32,000 bases of DNA from Halorhodospira halophila SL1 (lineage in GTDB: Bacteria; Pseudomonadota; Gammaproteobacteria; Nitrococcales; Halorhodospiraceae). The stretch spans positions 1,800,001 through 1,832,000 of the forward strand of contig NC_008789.1 of the NCBI RefSeq assembly GCF_000015585.1. The letters run 5' to 3'. The notes below the pieces were generated by a model that searched no databases, was not told the origin of the DNA, and saw nothing but the letters and a program-made list of their open reading frames with translations. Below are positions 30,838-32,000 of this stretch, piece by piece. Each line of letters opens with the position of its first letter. The stretch's first letter is position 1. The translations under genes were made by a program, and so were the position numbers.

Positions 30838-31644
30838 TTATTCCTCCTCCCGATAGGCCTTCTCGGCGACATGGATGAAGAAGTCGGGATCGGCATCCCG
30901 ATACGTCTCCTTGAAATCGCCGTAGGTCTCGATTTTCTGGAAGCCGACCTCCTGCATCAGCCGCCGCGTGTAGTCCTTTCGCAGCGGGAACATGTTCAGG
31001 TAGTAGGTCGACCCGTCGGAGAACGCGTACTTGAACCGCGCCAGCCCGTCGTCCACATGCTCGGGATAGACCGAGACGTCATCCCCGCAGTAGTAGTAGG
31101 TGTGGCTGGAGTCGTAGCCGTGATCCAGGATGCTGTCGTAGTTCCGCTGATCCAGGATCAGGACACCGTCGTGGTTGAGGGCGGAGTAGAACTCGGCGAG
31201 GGTCTTGCGGCGGTCGCACTCGTTGAACAGGTGGGTAAAGGAGTTGCCGAGGCAAATGATAGCGTCGTAGCGACCGTGAATGTCCTGATTCAGCCACCGC
31301 CAGTCGACCTGGACGGTGCGCAGGATATGGCCCCGTTTTCGACCGTTCTCGAAGGCCTTGGCCAGCATTTCCGCACTGCCGTCGGCACTGACGACCTCGA
31401 AACCGGCCTCGCGCAGGCGAACCGAGTGAAAACCCGTGCCGGTTGCGACGTCGAGCACCCGTTTGGCGCCCCGCTTCTTGAGCTCTTGGATGAAAAAATC
31501 ACCCTCGCTCTGGGCCCGGCTGTCCCAGTCGATCAGGTCGTCCCACTTGTCCACGAACCCGTCGACATACTCCTCCGTGTAGTGATCGGTATCCCGCACC
31601 TTGGTCGGGTCCGTCCCGAAGTCCTGCTCAGTCTGAACCTTCAT
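30838..31644 (-). CDS. gsmt: glycine/sarcosine N-methyltransferase (betaine synthesis steps 1-2)
   Basis: 268 aa. EQDFGTDPTKVRDTDHYTEEYVDGFVDKWDDLIDWDSRAQSEGDFFIQELKKRGA... is nearly collinear with recalled H. halochloris GSMT. SAM motif LDVATGTG. AGAGG SD-like motif. Confidence 0.9.
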   Translation of the reverse strand: MKVQTEQDFGTDPTKVRDTDHYTEEYVDGFVDKWDDLIDWDSRAQSEGDFFIQELKKRGAKRVLDVATGTGFHSVRLREAGFEVVSADGSAEMLAKAFENGRKRGHILRTVQVDWRWLNQDIHGRYDAIICLGNSFTHLFNECDRRKTLAEFYSALNHDGVLILDQRNYDSILDHGYDSSHTYYYCGDDVSVYPEHVDDGLARFKYAFSDGSTYYLNMFPLRKDYTRRLMQEVGFQKIETYGDFKETYRDADPDFFIHVAEKAYREEE

Positions 31645-32000
31645 AGGTCACCTCTGTCTGGCGATGTTCCCTATCGGCGCACGCGCGCCATGGATACAGT
31701 GCCCCACTTCGGATCGGAGACTCCGCGTCACCGGGACCGCTTGGGCAGATTGCGATTGTTCGCCTCTCTACTGCTTCCGATGGTTCTTGTGCGGCATGCG
31801 CCCTCGCACCGTGCGGGGCGTGTCTCGGACAGGGGCCTAGGCCCATTTGACGATGCCGAGCCAGCCGCGGGCCGTCGAGCGACTCCGGGTCTCGGCACCT
31901 TCCTTTACATGCCTATACGACCGCGTCGGCCGTCAGCGTGGACATACTGTGCGGGAGATCGGCGGCGAATTCAAGCCCCGGCCCCACAGGGTCACCGGAC

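Noticed and set aside
31853-32000. Plus-strand open frame from the ATG at 31853 to the window edge, and the 72-aa minus ORF 31628-31846.
   Set aside because: Mixed third-position composition, no SD, no recognisable motif, and too little sequence to judge. The 72-aa ORF overlaps the GSMT start region and looks like a GC-driven artefact.

Overview
GC-rich bacterial chromosome segment with strong GC3 bias, which produces many long antisense shadow ORFs in the track. Gene order and content are gammaproteobacterial. The last two genes closely resemble, from memory, the characterised glycine/sarcosine and sarcosine/dimethylglycine N-methyltransferases of Halorhodospira, so a halophilic Ectothiorhodospiraceae-type sulfur bacterium is likely. 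Most of the window is ordinary core genome. In order: membrane protein, yheS (ABC-F), DUF815 ATPase, then the conserved block tRNA-Arg / tRNA-Ser / csrA / lysC / alaS / recX / recA / pncC, divergent mutS, fdxA, xerD, an SPFH (stomatin-like) protein, rlmM, sufE, a lipoprotein alpha/beta hydrolase, a Tat-signal type II-like sulfide:quinone oxidoreductase with a small membrane protein, a host-attachment-family protein, nfo, a DAO-family FAD oxidoreductase translationally coupled to a YtqB/MnmM-type methyltransferase, an SDR, a solitary higA, pckG (GTP type), and a minus-strand operon GSMT-SDMT-metK-ahcY-metF (glycine betaine synthesis plus SAM recycling). I found no CRISPR array, rRNA, transposase, prophage or recognisable defence system, and nothing I can defend as a wholly new system. 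The items most worth a second look: (1) the DAO/MnmM gene pair as a possible split analogue of MnmC; (2) the Tat-exported SQR with a co-transcribed small membrane protein; (3) xerD, which lacks any canonical start codon where its conserved N-terminus begins; (4) the betaine/methyl-cycle operon, its heptamer-repeat intercistronic hairpin and its long leader. All family assignments rest on recalled motifs and alignments, not database searches.
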